A DNA stretch of 64,000 bases, taken from contig LSRY02000001.1 of NCBI GenBank assembly GCA_001643675.2, positions 1,488,001 through 1,552,000 of the forward strand, read 5' to 3'. The DNA comes from Monocercomonoides exilis PA203 (lineage: Eukaryota > Protista > Preaxostyla). The notes beneath the pieces are model-generated. The model had not been told where the DNA came from. It was given only the letters and a program-made list of their open reading frames with translations, and searched no databases. Below are positions 13,962 through 27,800 of this stretch, in pieces. The position numbers and the translations under genes were made by a program. The number at the start of each line of letters is the position of its first letter. The stretch's first letter is position 1.

Positions 13962-14862
13962 CTTTTTTACGAAAACAAAAACAACAAAAATGATCCGTGC
14001 CACAAGTTATTATATATCAAAATTATTTTTGTTTAATCTAGTTAAACAAGTTTATTGAAAATAACAAAAAGAAAAAGAAAAACAAAAAAAAAAAAAAAAA
14101 AAAGAATTTATATAATTTTTCGAAAAAAAAAAATAGAGTTTTTACTGAATGATTCAGCGAATGTGAAAAAGTTGATTAGATTTCAAAATAGCAGACAATG
14201 TTAAGTTAGACAAAGAAACTTCAAAAATAAATCTCATTGAAATTTAAATAATGCATTAATAATAATTTTTTTATAAGCAGTGTTATGAACATGAAGATTC
14301 TAGCTTTTATCAGTTTCGTTATCAATGATTAGGCAACGTTGAAAAGTTCAGAAATAATCATTTTCGATTTCTCGTGATTTTTTATAACAACAACTTTATT
14401 TGATAATAGCCAAAGCAACATTTTCAAAGAAAAAAGGTTTTTTGAATCGGGTCAGTAATTGATTACGCACATTTTATTAATAATTTTTTCATAATTAAAA
14501 ATTAATAAAACAATAACAACGAATATGTTGTTTTCAGACTATTCGTTTATGTTTCAACATGTTCAAATTCTTATTCATCTGGGGGAAAATATTCTTTAAA
14601 AAAGGAATGCAACTGTTTATTTGCTCGTTTTTACTTTTTTTTCAAATTTTCTTTTTTCTTGTTGAGTAAAATTTTTGGATCAAGCCTAGAATAAAAATAT
14701 GATTAAAAAAAATAATCATTCATTTTATTAAAGATATTTCTAATAGATTCAGAATTTGGTTTGAAACAAAAGTTTTATTATTTACTGTTCGTCTCAATTG
14801 CAGAATAATGAAAAGAGATTATATTTTATAATGGAGTTTCGAAACGAAGGTGTAGTATTTCA

Positions 14863-16290
14863 TCATACATTCACGAAATAATCTGAAATATTCAACGACA
14901 GTTCATTCCCATGAGTTCCATTAAGATAAAAGAATTTTTCATGAAAGCATGTGATTGCATCTTCGAATCCTTCTTCTTCCATTTTTTCAAATATCATTCT
15001 TTTCACCTTCATCCATTCTTTATAATCATCATCCTCAATGGTATTTTCTGTCAATCTTTTTGAAAGAGTCAAAAAGAATAGCAAGCATTCATATTTAATA
15101 TCGTCTTCAATTGTTGAGTGATAAATTTCTTCCAAAAAGGAATCGATAACTCCACCCTTCAGAAAATCATTGAAAACATACAATGATGACTGTTGCTTTA
15201 TAATTTTCAAGAAAGTGAAACAATACTTCATGATTATTTCTCTGTTATTTTCTTTTGCTTCTTTGTACAACCTTGTCATGCAAGTTATTAATTCAACAAA
15301 CCTTTCTTCTTTAAACGTGCAACCAAAAAAGAAGTATTGAATTGTATCCATCCATCTTTTTGCAATTGCAATATTCTTTTTTTCTTTTCCTCTTTTTTCT
15401 TCTTTTTTCTTTTGAAAATCTCCATTTTCTATCAGTTCTTCTAGCTCTCTTTCCGCTTCTTTCGCAAATTGCAGTTCATTCTCAATCAAGTCTTCCAACT
15501 CTTTCTCTTTGAAGAATCTTTTGTTCAAAAACTCCCAGGCAGATTGATAGGCAAGTCGTGTCAGATTGCGATACACCTGATGATATTTGATTACCTCTTT
15601 GATCTCATTCAAATATCTATCTTTTTCTATTTTCTGTTTTCAATTTAATGGATTAGCCAATAAGTTTCATTAATAAACAAAAAAAAATACTCACTTTCAA
15701 CACCATAATTTTACTCAAAGCCAACAGAGCTACTTCCACTTCTTTTTGTGTTTTCTCGCTCTTCTCTTTGTTCAATGCCACGTTCAGAAGGCAAGGCATG
15801 CAAATACGAAGTAATGCAGGTTGAAAGCGGAAGCCTATCAAAAGATAGCAAACACATAATTCAATAAAGAGTTTTTCATCCTTTTCTTCTTTCTTCTCAT
15901 TTTCATCATAAATCAATTTTTCTATCCTTATTCTCAACTGAGATTTTTCAAAATGAAGACTCCAAATATTTTTCATCTCTTTGTTATAACCCATATGCTT
16001 CAATAGCAAAATCGCACTTTCAATTGAAAATTTCTCTTTATCAATCATTTTGTCCATTGCATCAAAGAATTCTTTTGTGAAAATTAATTTCAATTCTTTT
16101 TCATCCATTTCTTCCATTATTTCATTCATTCTTTCAATATTCCGTTTCTGTTCATTCTTGTCGCAATCTTCAAGCTCTGAAAATAATTCTGATAAAAAAA
16201 TTGCAACAATCTCCATTACAGTATTTTAAAGTAACAACAATTGCAAACCAGTGAATGATTTTTGGACTCCAATCTTCTCAATTTTTGAGT
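14863..16290 (-). CDS. Lineage-specific multigene-family protein, copy 1 (5' end approximate)
   Basis: ORFs 15653-16216 and 14863-15612 share LFSELEDC, EKLFIELC, VEVALLALS, YHQ..RNLTRLAYQSAW and EEEGFED motifs with copies 2 and 3. Confidence 0.75.
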
Positions 16291-19200
16291 ATTTATTGAC
16301 AAAAAACAATGAAATTTTGACATTCAAATTGAATTCGTATTTGTTTGGATAGAAAAAATAGGCACGAAATTATAACATGAAATAGACATGAAAATATATG
16401 TGTTCATGCTGTCATTCTATGCATTTGCATTTTTGAAAAGGTAATAATGAAGAAAAACAACGCTTATTATTTCTGAGATTGTTGTTATGGATTCAGAGAT
16501 CAATAAATATCTTATTGAAGAAATATCAATTAGCAGGAGGAGAGTTCAACATATTAATTTTCAACAGTAAGTTAGCAATATTATTTTTTGTTTTGAAAGT
16601 TGGCAATGATGGCAATGCATAAATGCTGAAATTCTTTCTGATGATTTTTGAAAATTGGATGGCTTTGGGGAATACAAAGATTTTATAAATAACACAAAAG
16701 ACGTAATGAATGTATTTTTTATTGTTTTATTTATTGTGAAGATATCCATATGTATCCTTTCCAAAGTTCAGGAATCCGAATTATTGTTGAAATGGCCAAT
16801 TTCCTTTTTGTGGAGCAATATGATGGGAACGGAGCAGATTATAATACAAAAATTGATAAATAAAGGAATATATGCAAGATGCATGATTTTTATATATTTT
16901 TATTTGGTGCAAGAGATGAAAACAAATTCGACTGAAGTTTTGTTGAATGAAGATGAAAAGAAGGAATTCTGTGAAGGACAAAATCTGCACAAAATCATAT
17001 AGAATTTAGGAGCATAAGGCAAAGGAGAAGCTTTTTTAGCAAGGAAAGTGGCTGGCAATATTGAGGGAAGGATATTTATCACAAAAAAAAGGCAATAAAT
17101 CAACGAAAAAAAGGAGAACCCCAAGATGTCAATAATATTTATAAGGTTTTCCTGTTTCTCTGACTGTGCCAGGCAGGCATGGAAGGCTGCGAAATTCTGT
17201 TTCTGATTCCGCTTTTGCTCCAAAAGAAAGTGGAAAAGCCAACGATGAGATGTCCATTTGTCGAATTCATTTTGCCAATCGAGCAGCGTTCTGTTCAATT
17301 GCATTTGGATTTCATTCTTCGAAGGGACAGTCATCATGAGCAAAAAAAGCGATTATCATTCGAAGTTTGCTTTCTTTATCACCGCATCCAATGAAAGAGA
17401 ATTTGATGGCTTTGGTTCTTCATCTGTTTTCAGAAAAGTGATTCTTGTGCTCCATTTCAATGCTTGTTCTTGATCAATTGAGTTGTGTGCCTTGAACATG
17501 AAGATTTCATTAAATCTGTATCATCATCCTCAGCATGAAAATAGCTGAATGAATGACAACTTTTTTCATCTTTCCTCCTCAAAGTTACTGAAGAACAGTG
17601 GATTTATTGTGAAAACATTCATTTCTCTTTTCTTCGTCATCTTCTTCCACATGCAAGTCTTCATCAAATCACATCACAATTCCATATTTGGCAATATCGA
17701 TATTGCAAAAGCGGAGTTATTCTCATCAGCTTCTGTGCCAGAAATAATGAGTGAAATGAAGAAGAAAACGATGAAAAACATTTCAAGAAATGATATTGAA
17801 ATGAACAAGTGAAGGTGGGAAGAGACATCAGCAAAAGAAGAAGGCAACAATGATTGTTTGGGAAGCGAAGATGATGTATTGAAATGTTGAGATAAAAGAA
17901 AAGATGGATGAAAAGAAAAAGAGCAAAACTTTGTGAAATTGCAGATGAAGAAGAAGATTGCATATTGGCTGATGAAAGTGTTGATTTCAAGAGAGGCGCA
18001 GGACTCTGGAACCATGTGCATGTTTGCATGTGAAGACTCTGTCATTTGAGGCTGATAACATCGACAATGCCATATTGTGAGATTCACCAGATACAAAAGG
18101 ATGCAGCATTTGTGTCTGAAGCAGTTGAAACGGACTTGTGCAACCCATGGCACAAAAAGCATCTTTGATATCATCGAAGCTTCAAATTCATTTTGGTGAC
18201 TTCTTTCGCTTTCCGTTTTGGCTTCAGTTTCAGCTGCTGCGTTCATGACAATTATTCTTCATTTTGCTTCGTCTTATTTTTCTTTCCACTGAACCTGCCA
18301 TCATACTGTATGCCTCACAGCTCATTCAGCAGATGCTGTCCAGGCAGCGATGTCTTTGCAGCTGATACTGTTGTGCCAAGTGAAGAAGGAGCAGAAGTGA
18401 AAAGACGTTGTAATTTCATTCATTTGCTTGTGTTATTGAGCTCAGCTTATGCAGTTGATTGAAGTGAAAAAGACTTCTTTGAATTATCCAACAATAAAGG
18501 AGTTTGAATAAAAAGAATACTTGGAAATTGAATCTGGATGCCAGCCATTCTCATCATTCTTGCAAATTTGAAGTTAAATCATTGCATTTGTTCTTTCCAT
18601 TCAAAACATTTAATTTCTATTGGTAACTGAAAGATGAAATGTTTGCATTTGTGCTTCCTTTATTCAAATTGCTTTCAAAAGGCGTCTTCTCCATTTTCGG
18701 CTCGCTATTTCCTTTCAGATGAAGCCAAGTGGCCTTTGGCGCAAAAGATGTTCAACAAAATGGCATGCTAATGTGAACATCTCTTTTTGAAATGACCTTG
18801 AAAAAGGCTGAATATTGTTTCTTCGCCATTGAAGTTGAACTCCAAAAGATTTCTTTTGTATAAACCTTTTTTTTGTAAAAAAAAAATCCATTATCCTGAT
18901 TAAGGAGCGTTGACTTGGTCTTCTATATGCCTGGGAATTTTTTTCATTTTTTCTTTCACATGGACTCTCCGATGCTTTTGTTCTGTGATTCCATTTTGAC
19001 TATCTGCTTTCACAACGAAAACCAACAATTCCTTTGGATTTGTCGAATGAAAGCAAACAAGAATGAAAAAAATAACAAATGAGAAAAAAAATACATAGAA
19101 TACGTAAACATCAAGTTCATTATTATTTTTTTTTCCCTGTTGCAAATCACAAAAAAGAAACGCAGGTTTTTTTCATCATCTTATTTTGTTTTCATTTTCT

Positions 19201-19551
19201 CTTCTGTCGTTATTCTTATTTGTGACTAAAATGAAGTTTTATTCATTCATACAAAAAATATGATAGTTTGAACTTCAATTTCAATAAAAAGAACATTTCA
19301 CCGATTCATAAGCTTTTGGTTTGATCAAAAATTAACAAAAGGTGTGTTTTTCTTCTCTAAGACAAAACAATCATTGGTTTTGTTGCTGTTACATATTGCA
19401 CATTTTTTTATTAAAAAAAGCCTTGTAATTGGTTTTTGATCAAAAACATATTTAAAAAAATCAGAAAAAAAAAAGAAGTTTGTTTTTGCTAATAATAACA
19501 TTGTTTGAAGTTTTATTGTGTTTATTGTTTTCTGAATATATCACGAACAGA

Positions 19552-20982
19552 ATGAGTGCTGGAGATGAAGGAATACAAGAAATGAACATTGTGGGCAAGT
19601 TTTTGAGTTTGTTTATTTCCAACTATTTTGAAAAACAAACAATTTTTCATCCTTTTTATGTTTTTTGAAGAACTGTTTGACGAACTTGAAGGTTGCAACG
19701 ATGATGAACAAAAAGTCAAAATTGAAGAAATGAATGGACTTCTTGATGAGATGAGCAAAGGTGAATTTGAAACAATTAGCAAAACAGAAATGTTTGACAA
19801 GATAGCAGAAATGATTGAAGAACAGAAATTGTTTTTGAGCAATGCATTGCTTCTATTGACGCACATGGGATATTTCAAAGTGTTGAAAGATACTTGGGAT
19901 TGTGGTTTTGATGGCTCTTCATTGAAGAATAAATTTGAAAAGATAATTCTTGAAGAAAATGGTATAAAAGAAGGAAGAAGTGAAAAGCTGCTGGCTGGCA
20001 TTTGCAGATGCTATATTTCTCTTAGTTATTGCTCTCCAGTCGAATCACTTTCAATTAGTTGTAATTTCCTTCTGACGTTTGCATCGGATAAAGTGCAAAG
20101 AGAAGAAATGCAGAAAGATGTGGAAATGGTTTTGCTGGCTTTGAGTTGCACTGGACTTTGTGGGGTGTGGATATTTCTGTTTTTCTTCATTGTTATTTGC
20201 TTATTCTTTTTTTTTGGAAGAGTTCAAAAAATGATAAATCAATGAATCGATTAATTGATATCATCAAATATCATCAGGAACACAGAAATCTTACACCGCT
20301 TGCTTATCAGTTGGCTTGGAAGTGTTTGGTGGAAAGGGAGCATGCTATAGGAACGTTGAATTGGGCAGTTGTTGATGATCTGCATTTTGCGAAGGAAGCA
20401 GCGAGAGAAGTGGAAGAGCTTGCTAGGCATGTGGATTGGAAGAGAAAAGAAGAAGAAAGAAGAAACGAAACAAAAGAAGAGATTCTCTTGATGAAATGGA
20501 TCCAAACATTGGCGAGTTATTTTAGCACATGTCAATTTAGGAGCGAAGAATATGTTGGGCTAATCAGAAGCGTTGTGCAGGTGATAAGAATGGCAAAGGA
20601 TAATTTCAGAGAAATAAGCAAACAATGTGCTTTTTCTTTAAGAAGAGCAGCGGAAAGCAGCGGAGTGGAAGTTGATTACATCTTTAAAGGGGAAGCTGTT
20701 GATATCTTTTTGGAGGAAATTCAACAGTCAATGTTAGATTATGAAATGACATTAAATTATTTGACATTTTTGATGAATGTTAAAAGAAAATTGAAAGAAA
20801 AAAATGAAAATGAAAGTGATGAAGCAAAAAGGCAGGAAGCAAAAAGAATACTGTTTGACAAGGCTGAAGAAAAAGGATATGAAGACATCATCATTAGTTT
20901 TCTAGAAACGATACGAACAGTGAAAACAAGTTTTTGTTTTCATCTGTCTGAATATTACTCAGATTATTTTGTATTCATTTGA
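19552..20982 (+). CDS. Lineage-specific multigene-family protein, copy 2 (3 exons; first intron probably GC-AG)
   Basis: Same motifs (LFDELEGC, VEMVLLALS, YHQEHRNLTPLAYQLAW, EEKGYEDII). Confidence 0.78.
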
Positions 20983-23374
20983 ATCGTGTATTCCTTTTTA
21001 TTCCGTTTTAATTTTTTAATTGATTTTTATTATTTTTTATTTTTTATTATTTTTTCCATTTTTTCAGAGAGAAAACTTTTGAAAAGAAATTGTTTGAGGT
21101 TTTATTTCATTTCAAATCTGTACTTCCAATCATGCAATATTTTAAAAAAAATATCATTGATGAATCAGATTTCGTTTTTTTTTTAAAATGTTCCAATAAT
21201 GATTAAAATAACCAAAAAAAATAAAAAAGAAATAAAATAATTGCTCACAACAAAAATTACAAAAATAAAAAACAAGAATGTGAAATAAGCATATTCACAT
21301 TCATCAGACTGGGGGCAGATTTTTGTGTATACTCAAGAGACGGTGTCAAGCTGGTGGAGCAGTACTGTTTCGATTGTATCATGGTCGTTTTCTGTTGTTG
21401 GGAAAATGTTTTAGAAGGTTATCTCTTAATTTTCGTCACCAACGATGAAGGAAAAGATGGAGAGGAGAGAAGTGGAAGAAGAGTAAGGATTTGACGGAGT
21501 TATTAGAAAGGTATAGTTAAAACGTTTCTCAAAAGAGAAGATGAAATTAGCTAAAAGGAAGTTCAATCTTTTTTCACGAGAATAACCACTTTTTGCTCAG
21601 ATTATCAGTATGAAATCAGAAATTGAAAAAGGATTCAGCAACGGATCATCATAAAGTTATTCTATTTTTTAACATTTGCATCTTCGAACACGCAATCTTC
21701 TTCAACGACTTTTTCAACAACAAGATCATCTTCATCATCATCTCATCATCCTCCTCCTCTTTTTCTTCTTCCTCTTCCTCCTCCTCTCTGTCAACTCAAA
21801 TCCTGTTACATATTCATTTGAATACGAAAGAATGAAAACCAATGAATTCATTACTGTTGATGGCAAAGGAGATATGGCAGAATGAAAAGGCTTCGATGAA
21901 CCATCTTGTCTGCTGCTGATTCCGCTGAAGCGCACGAAGCAACTGATGAGCGAGGTGGATGAGTGGAACGGGAAGGAAGTTGAGAAGCAGGAAAATACGA
22001 TGGGGCAAGTGAAGAAGAAGATGCTGAGTGGGGAGCAGGATGCAAGGCTTGGGTTGAATGACGTTGTTGATGATGACGGCAACGACATTGACTATCATGC
22101 TGTTGATTCTGATGGGATTTATTTGAAGGAAAAAGAAAAGACGGATTTTGAAGGAGGGAAGTTTTCTCATTGCTGAATATATTTGGAAGAAAATGAAAAA
22201 TTTCCCTTTTATCAAATGCAGCATTCAAAGAGGTGGAAGAAAGCTAAAGAGGATGCAAGCAGAACAGATAGAGCACATTGAACATTGAAAAAGAAATTGT
22301 GTTTGGCGGGGACAGAAGATGAAGAGATGACTGCGCTCCTGTCAGACTATATGGGACAGACCTCAGCCAACCATCTTCTGATTATGAAGCTTCCTTCCCT
22401 CACCTTCTCCACTTCTCTATCTCTGTGCCGAGTCTTTCAGCCATTGAGACAGCAGCCACAAAGCTGTTTAAAAGACAGAGAGAAACAGAGCAGCAACAAA
22501 AACAGATGAAACTGGAGGCGTTCCAGTTTTGAAAAAGCAGAAAATTGCATTCTATCTATTTATCAATTCAGAGGGGGAAAATATCTCTTGAAAAAGAATC
22601 TGTGCTTTGATTTTCATTTCAGTTCCAATCATTTTATTTTCCATGATAAAGTGGATGCTTGAAAGGAAATGCTTGATAAGAAAATGTTTTCTTGAAAAAG
22701 CAAAAAAATACAAATTAAAAAATTTTGTTAAATGAACAGACTGATGAAAAGTGTGAAATAAATGGGAAAATAGTTGGTGTTTTATGAGAATTTGAAAAGC
22801 TGTTTAATCAATGTGAACATTCCTTTGATGATGGTTCAGAAAAAGATTTGAAAACGAGAAACATTTCACAATTTGTGAGTGACTGATTTTTGTATAATTT
22901 TTGCAATGCAGTTCATTGGGGAAAAAAGACAAAAAAATGAAATTGACAAATAATAATATTGATTCATCTTCCAACAAAACTCTTTTAATAGAAATGTTAA
23001 TAATTTATTTATTTCAAACAACAAAATTGAAAGGGCAAATGCCAAGACATCTCCAAGATAAATAAACAACAATAAATAAGAAAAAGGAATAATGGAGGTA
23101 ATTTTGAAACGCATTCGATTTATGATTAAAAGGCAGATGAAAAAGATGGAGAAGGAAAAAAAAGGAAACAAAGAAAAATTAAACTTTAGCCAAACTCAAC
23201 TATTCGAACATAAAAACTTAAAAGCCCAATGAAACAGCAAGCGAAGTTGCATTGAGAAAAATAATGATGCAAATTTGCTTAAAAAGAAAAAAGTTAACAA
23301 ATGGCTAACATAAAGTCAAATGAAAAGATATTGTTTAAATAAAAAAAATGAAGCGAATGAAATAAGCACGTGAT

Positions 23375-24850
23375 TCAGCAACAAAGAAAATAGTTTTCAA
23401 TTTTAAAAAACATACAATATTCACCAAATATCCCCTTTGTTTTGTAATGACGCAACCTGATAATGCAATCCTCATATCCATCCTCCTCTAAATTTTCGAG
23501 TACTTTTTTTTTCGTCTCTTTTCTTATCTTTTCATCGCTTTCACCTTCCATCTTCTCATTTAATCTTTCACAAAGATATCTAATAAATGACTCGCAACTT
23601 TCAATCGTTGAATATTCATCATGCGAACAGTTCATTTCCGATAAAACAAGCTCAATAGCTCCATTTTTCAGCAGTTCATTAATATTCACAGTTCTGTTAT
23701 ATGCTGAACATCTAAATGAATCAATACACCAATAGCTAACATCTCTGTAATTATCCTTTGATGCAAGACACACTCTCGCAACACTTCTGATAAGCTCGGC
23801 ATGCTCTTCATTCCGCGATCTGCACAATAAAAGGGGTTCAAGTGTTTGGAGCCACCTAATCAAAGTAATCGCTTCTTCTCTTTCTTTTCCTCTTCCATCT
23901 TCTTCTTTGCTCTTCCAATCAATGCATCCCATCAGCTCTTCCAACTCACTTATTGCTTCTCTCACAAAATGCAGCTCGTTCATTATTGCCTCTTCCGTTT
24001 CTCGTTTATCGAATTTTCGACAATACAAAAACTGCCAAGCAGACTGATAGGCAAGTCGCGTAAGATTGTGATGCTTTTGATGGTGTTGAATAATCTCTTT
24101 GATTTCATTCGAATACAATTCTTCTGGCATTTTCTATCATTCCGAGCAGCAAATGAAAAAAATAAATAAATAAACTGATGCACATTATAGAGAATGAAGA
24201 AAGACGTTCATACAGGTTCTTCGCAAAAGCCACTCAAAGCCAGTAAAGCATATTCAATTTCTTTTTGTGCTTCTTTGCTTTCCTCCTTGTTTAACGCAAC
24301 TTTCAGAAGGCAAGGCACACAAATTTCCAGAAGACCATTGATGGTTGGATCATATCTTTCACACCAAAATAAATAGCATTCACAAAGATCAATCAACAGT
24401 TTCTCATCCTTTTCTTCCTTTTTCTTTCCCTCTTCCAGAATTACTCTTCCAAATCTTTTCTTCAAAAAAGGGTTTGTGAAAAATTGGCGCTTTGTTGGTT
24501 TTTTCGCATTTTCATGTCCAATATGCTTCAGCAACATAAGGGCTTTTTTAAAAGGATATTTGTTTAATTCAATCAATTTGTAATTTTCATCAAATTCTTC
24601 TTTCGAGAAAAATTGCTTCAATTCTTCTTTGTCCATATTCTTTAGCATTCCATTCATTTCTTCTTTCAGCAATCTTCGATCTTCTTCGGTAAAATCCAGG
24701 TCGGGAAACATTTCTTTAAAAAATCAAAAAATAAAAAGCAATCTTCAATCCCTTGAATAAATCAAAAGCACGCACCAAAAACCTGTCCCTCATCTATCAT
24801 CTTCTATATTTTCACGAAAGCAACGCGAGCATAAAGAGTTCATATTAATC
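23375..24850 (-). CDS. Lineage-specific multigene-family protein, copy 3 (5' end approximate)
   Basis: Same motifs (EKLLIDLCECY, IEYALLALS, HHQKHHNLTRLAYQSAW, EEDGYEDCI). Confidence 0.75.
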
Positions 24851-27800
24851 CATTCATTGAAAAAATAAGGAATAAAAAAGAGAAAAAAAAAGTTGAAATT
24901 TAAAAACTGATGGAAGATGCGCAAGTTTTATTGTTCATACCGTTCTTTCTTGTATTGGCTTTTAGACAAGAAAATATGGAGAAAAGCAAAGATTCATCAA
25001 ATAGCTAAAATTATTATTAGGGATATTTTGATCAAAATATGAATTTCAATCCATTAAAGTTATTCATTTGAGAAATTTCTAACAATCAGATATGCACCAT
25101 CATTATTAAAAAAGAAAATGTTTTTTGTATTGTTTCAGGGTGATGAAAACATTGAACAAATAGAATTAAAAAAGATAAAAAAAAAAAGATTTGATGACAA
25201 ATAAGAAATAGTTAGATAAAAATATTTGTATTCTCGATTTTTCATTGAGGATATGGGGGTGATATAAAGCAAATCATTCTTGAAAGCAACTGGACAAAAA
25301 TATTTATCAATGAGTTGGTTCTCTATTCATCGATTTCGTTTGTGATTTTTGCTGCAATGATTGCAGAAAATATAAAATTTGTCAATTTTTTCCTTAAGCG
25401 TAATCCAACTCATCGCCAACATCATGGGATAAAGTTTCTGTTTTTTTGTAAAAAACTTTTTTCGTTGATAACTTCTCGTTTAACGCCTCGTTTTTTGCTT
25501 CTTTATTTTCATCTTGATCAAAAGTTAAATCCTTCATTCATTTTATTTTTCGATAAAACAAAGAATTGCAAAAAAACGATTTGAAAAATGATTTCTCCAA
25601 TTATCTTTCTTCATCTAAGATAATTGAATTTTCAAATCCTTTTTTGTTTTTGAAAAATTTCACAAATTGTGATTGCAGAAATAAATGAGGAGCATCTTCA
25701 ATGCTTCAATAAGATTTGAACAAAAACCAGAGATGCAATTTGAATGAATAGAATTTTGCTCTTTTCTGAGCAATAACAAATAATTTGAACAACAATCGGG
25801 AGAAAAACTCATGAGCTGTTAATTGTTTTGGAGTGTTTTTATTTTTTTCTGAGAAAAGGACCAGCCTTCTTTTGATCAGGTTTTATTCTTGTTCATGGAA
25901 GAACGTATTTTTTTTAAAGAGAAAAGCTTTTGAAGTTGTTTTGCAGAAATTGTTGCAATTTTTGTTTGAATTATTTATTCATTTGACTTTTGTTAATAAT
26001 TTGCATTGAACTTCTGTTTTTAACGAACTGAAAAAAGTCACCGACCCAATATCACACAAATAAAAATTTGAACTTTGCATTATCCAATGATAGAATGCTC
26101 GAATTTTTTCAACCTTTATATACGAAGTCTCAGGCTTCGAATGGCTGATTACAGTTTGTTTTTGATGCTATTAGAGTTATTTATTCGTTGGTTTTTTGAA
26201 TTGAAGGAAAAGTTCAACATTGAATATTTTGACACTCAGATTTTTGAAATACGAACAGAGTCCGTTGATTTGCGGTGGAAATGTATTTATCTCATTATTC
26301 TGATCTAGCATCAACCTATGATGAAATAGAAAAAAAAATTTATGTTCATTTTCAAGAATTTTGTGATTGCAGACAAATATTAAATGTATTTTGAATAAAA
26401 GCATTGCAAAGCAAATATGAAGGAGTTACATGAATATACACATGTGGGTTGAACAATTAACAAGGAAAAAGGCAAGATCAAAAACAATAAAGATCAAAAA
26501 ATTTTTTGGATAAAGCCAATTCTTTGTCTATCCTTTGACCATGAGTGCCACAAAGGAAAAATTGATCAAATAAAGAAAATCATGAAATTGTGATGACTTC
26601 AATGCCAAAACTTTTATGAAGCATTTGAATCTGCGAAAATCCAACAATTTTCGGAGAAAAACATTGCTACGGAAATTAACTGAAAACTCATTCTTTCAGA
26701 ATTATTACCTCATAAATTATACAAAATAACTGCTTCATCAATTTCTTTCTGGGATTACAAAGAAAAAACAAAAATACTGCATAAGTTAATTAAAATCATT
26801 AGATAGCATTTATTTTCAAGCAATTATTCACCTTAAACAGCAGAGCCACTATCACATTCATAACAAATCATATGAAAATGATGGAGCATACTGACAACTC
26901 AAACATTCAATAAACTGTCTCACAAAAAGGATAATTAAAAAAAAAGAAAACAGTTTTTAATCCATATTCAAATTGCTCGAAGTACCTATTGAACTTGATT
27001 TATTGTACGAATCTCCAAAAGGAGCAAACAATTTTTTTTCAATTACAACGAAAAGCTATCATTTGTTTGCGAAATCAAAGAATATCATTTTTTTCCTGAA
27101 ACTGATCAAGTGCTGACAAATGTCCGCTGCTTCAATGAGGCAAATACCTTAATATCTGTGCAGCCGAGCATCCGTTTGAGAATTCAAATGATTCGATAGA
27201 AAAAGAAAGACAAGAATATTTGTATCGCGATCCTCCTTCACAAATGCAACGGGATATGGGAAATCGTAAAAATAAAACAATTATTGTCATATTTTCACAA
27301 TAAACTCAAATTTTCCTGCTCACTTCTGCTTTCTGAATCTCTTGGGCGTTCGCTTTCTCTACAGCAACCGCTGTAGCATTCGACAGCATCTGTCATTGTC
27401 AGTACTGCAGCACCTGGAGGGAAGCGTTGGATAAGCTCACGCTTCAGCAAAACCAAAGTGGGCCTTTGTGAGGCCCTTCCTAACAAGCAGCACTTGGCAA
27501 TATTCTCCATTGAGGATGTGTTTATTCTTTCAATATTTGGTCTCTCTCCATTCACTATCTTCTGCCCAGCAACTTCGGCTTCATACTCCCCAAACGGAAT
27601 CTCCAATGTCAAGCATTCCCACAGCATCATCCCAATCGAAAATGCCACTGATTCCTTTGTTGCCCCCATCTTCTTGTTCATCAGCAGTTCTGGTGCTTTC
27701 CACCTCAGACACTCTTTCTTGAAATCATCCTCCTCAAAGGCAGATGAAGGAGGTGGCGACTTGGTGAATCTCTCGCTCATCACTGAAATATTGGACGACG

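Noticed and set aside
16900-18900. Short overlapping ORFs with coding-like composition
   Set aside because: No recognisable motifs and no consistent frame; probably decayed gene or repeat fragments.
21300-22510. Purine-rich coding-like segment
   Set aside because: Multiple stops and no identifiable family; cannot be supported beyond a possible pseudogene relic.
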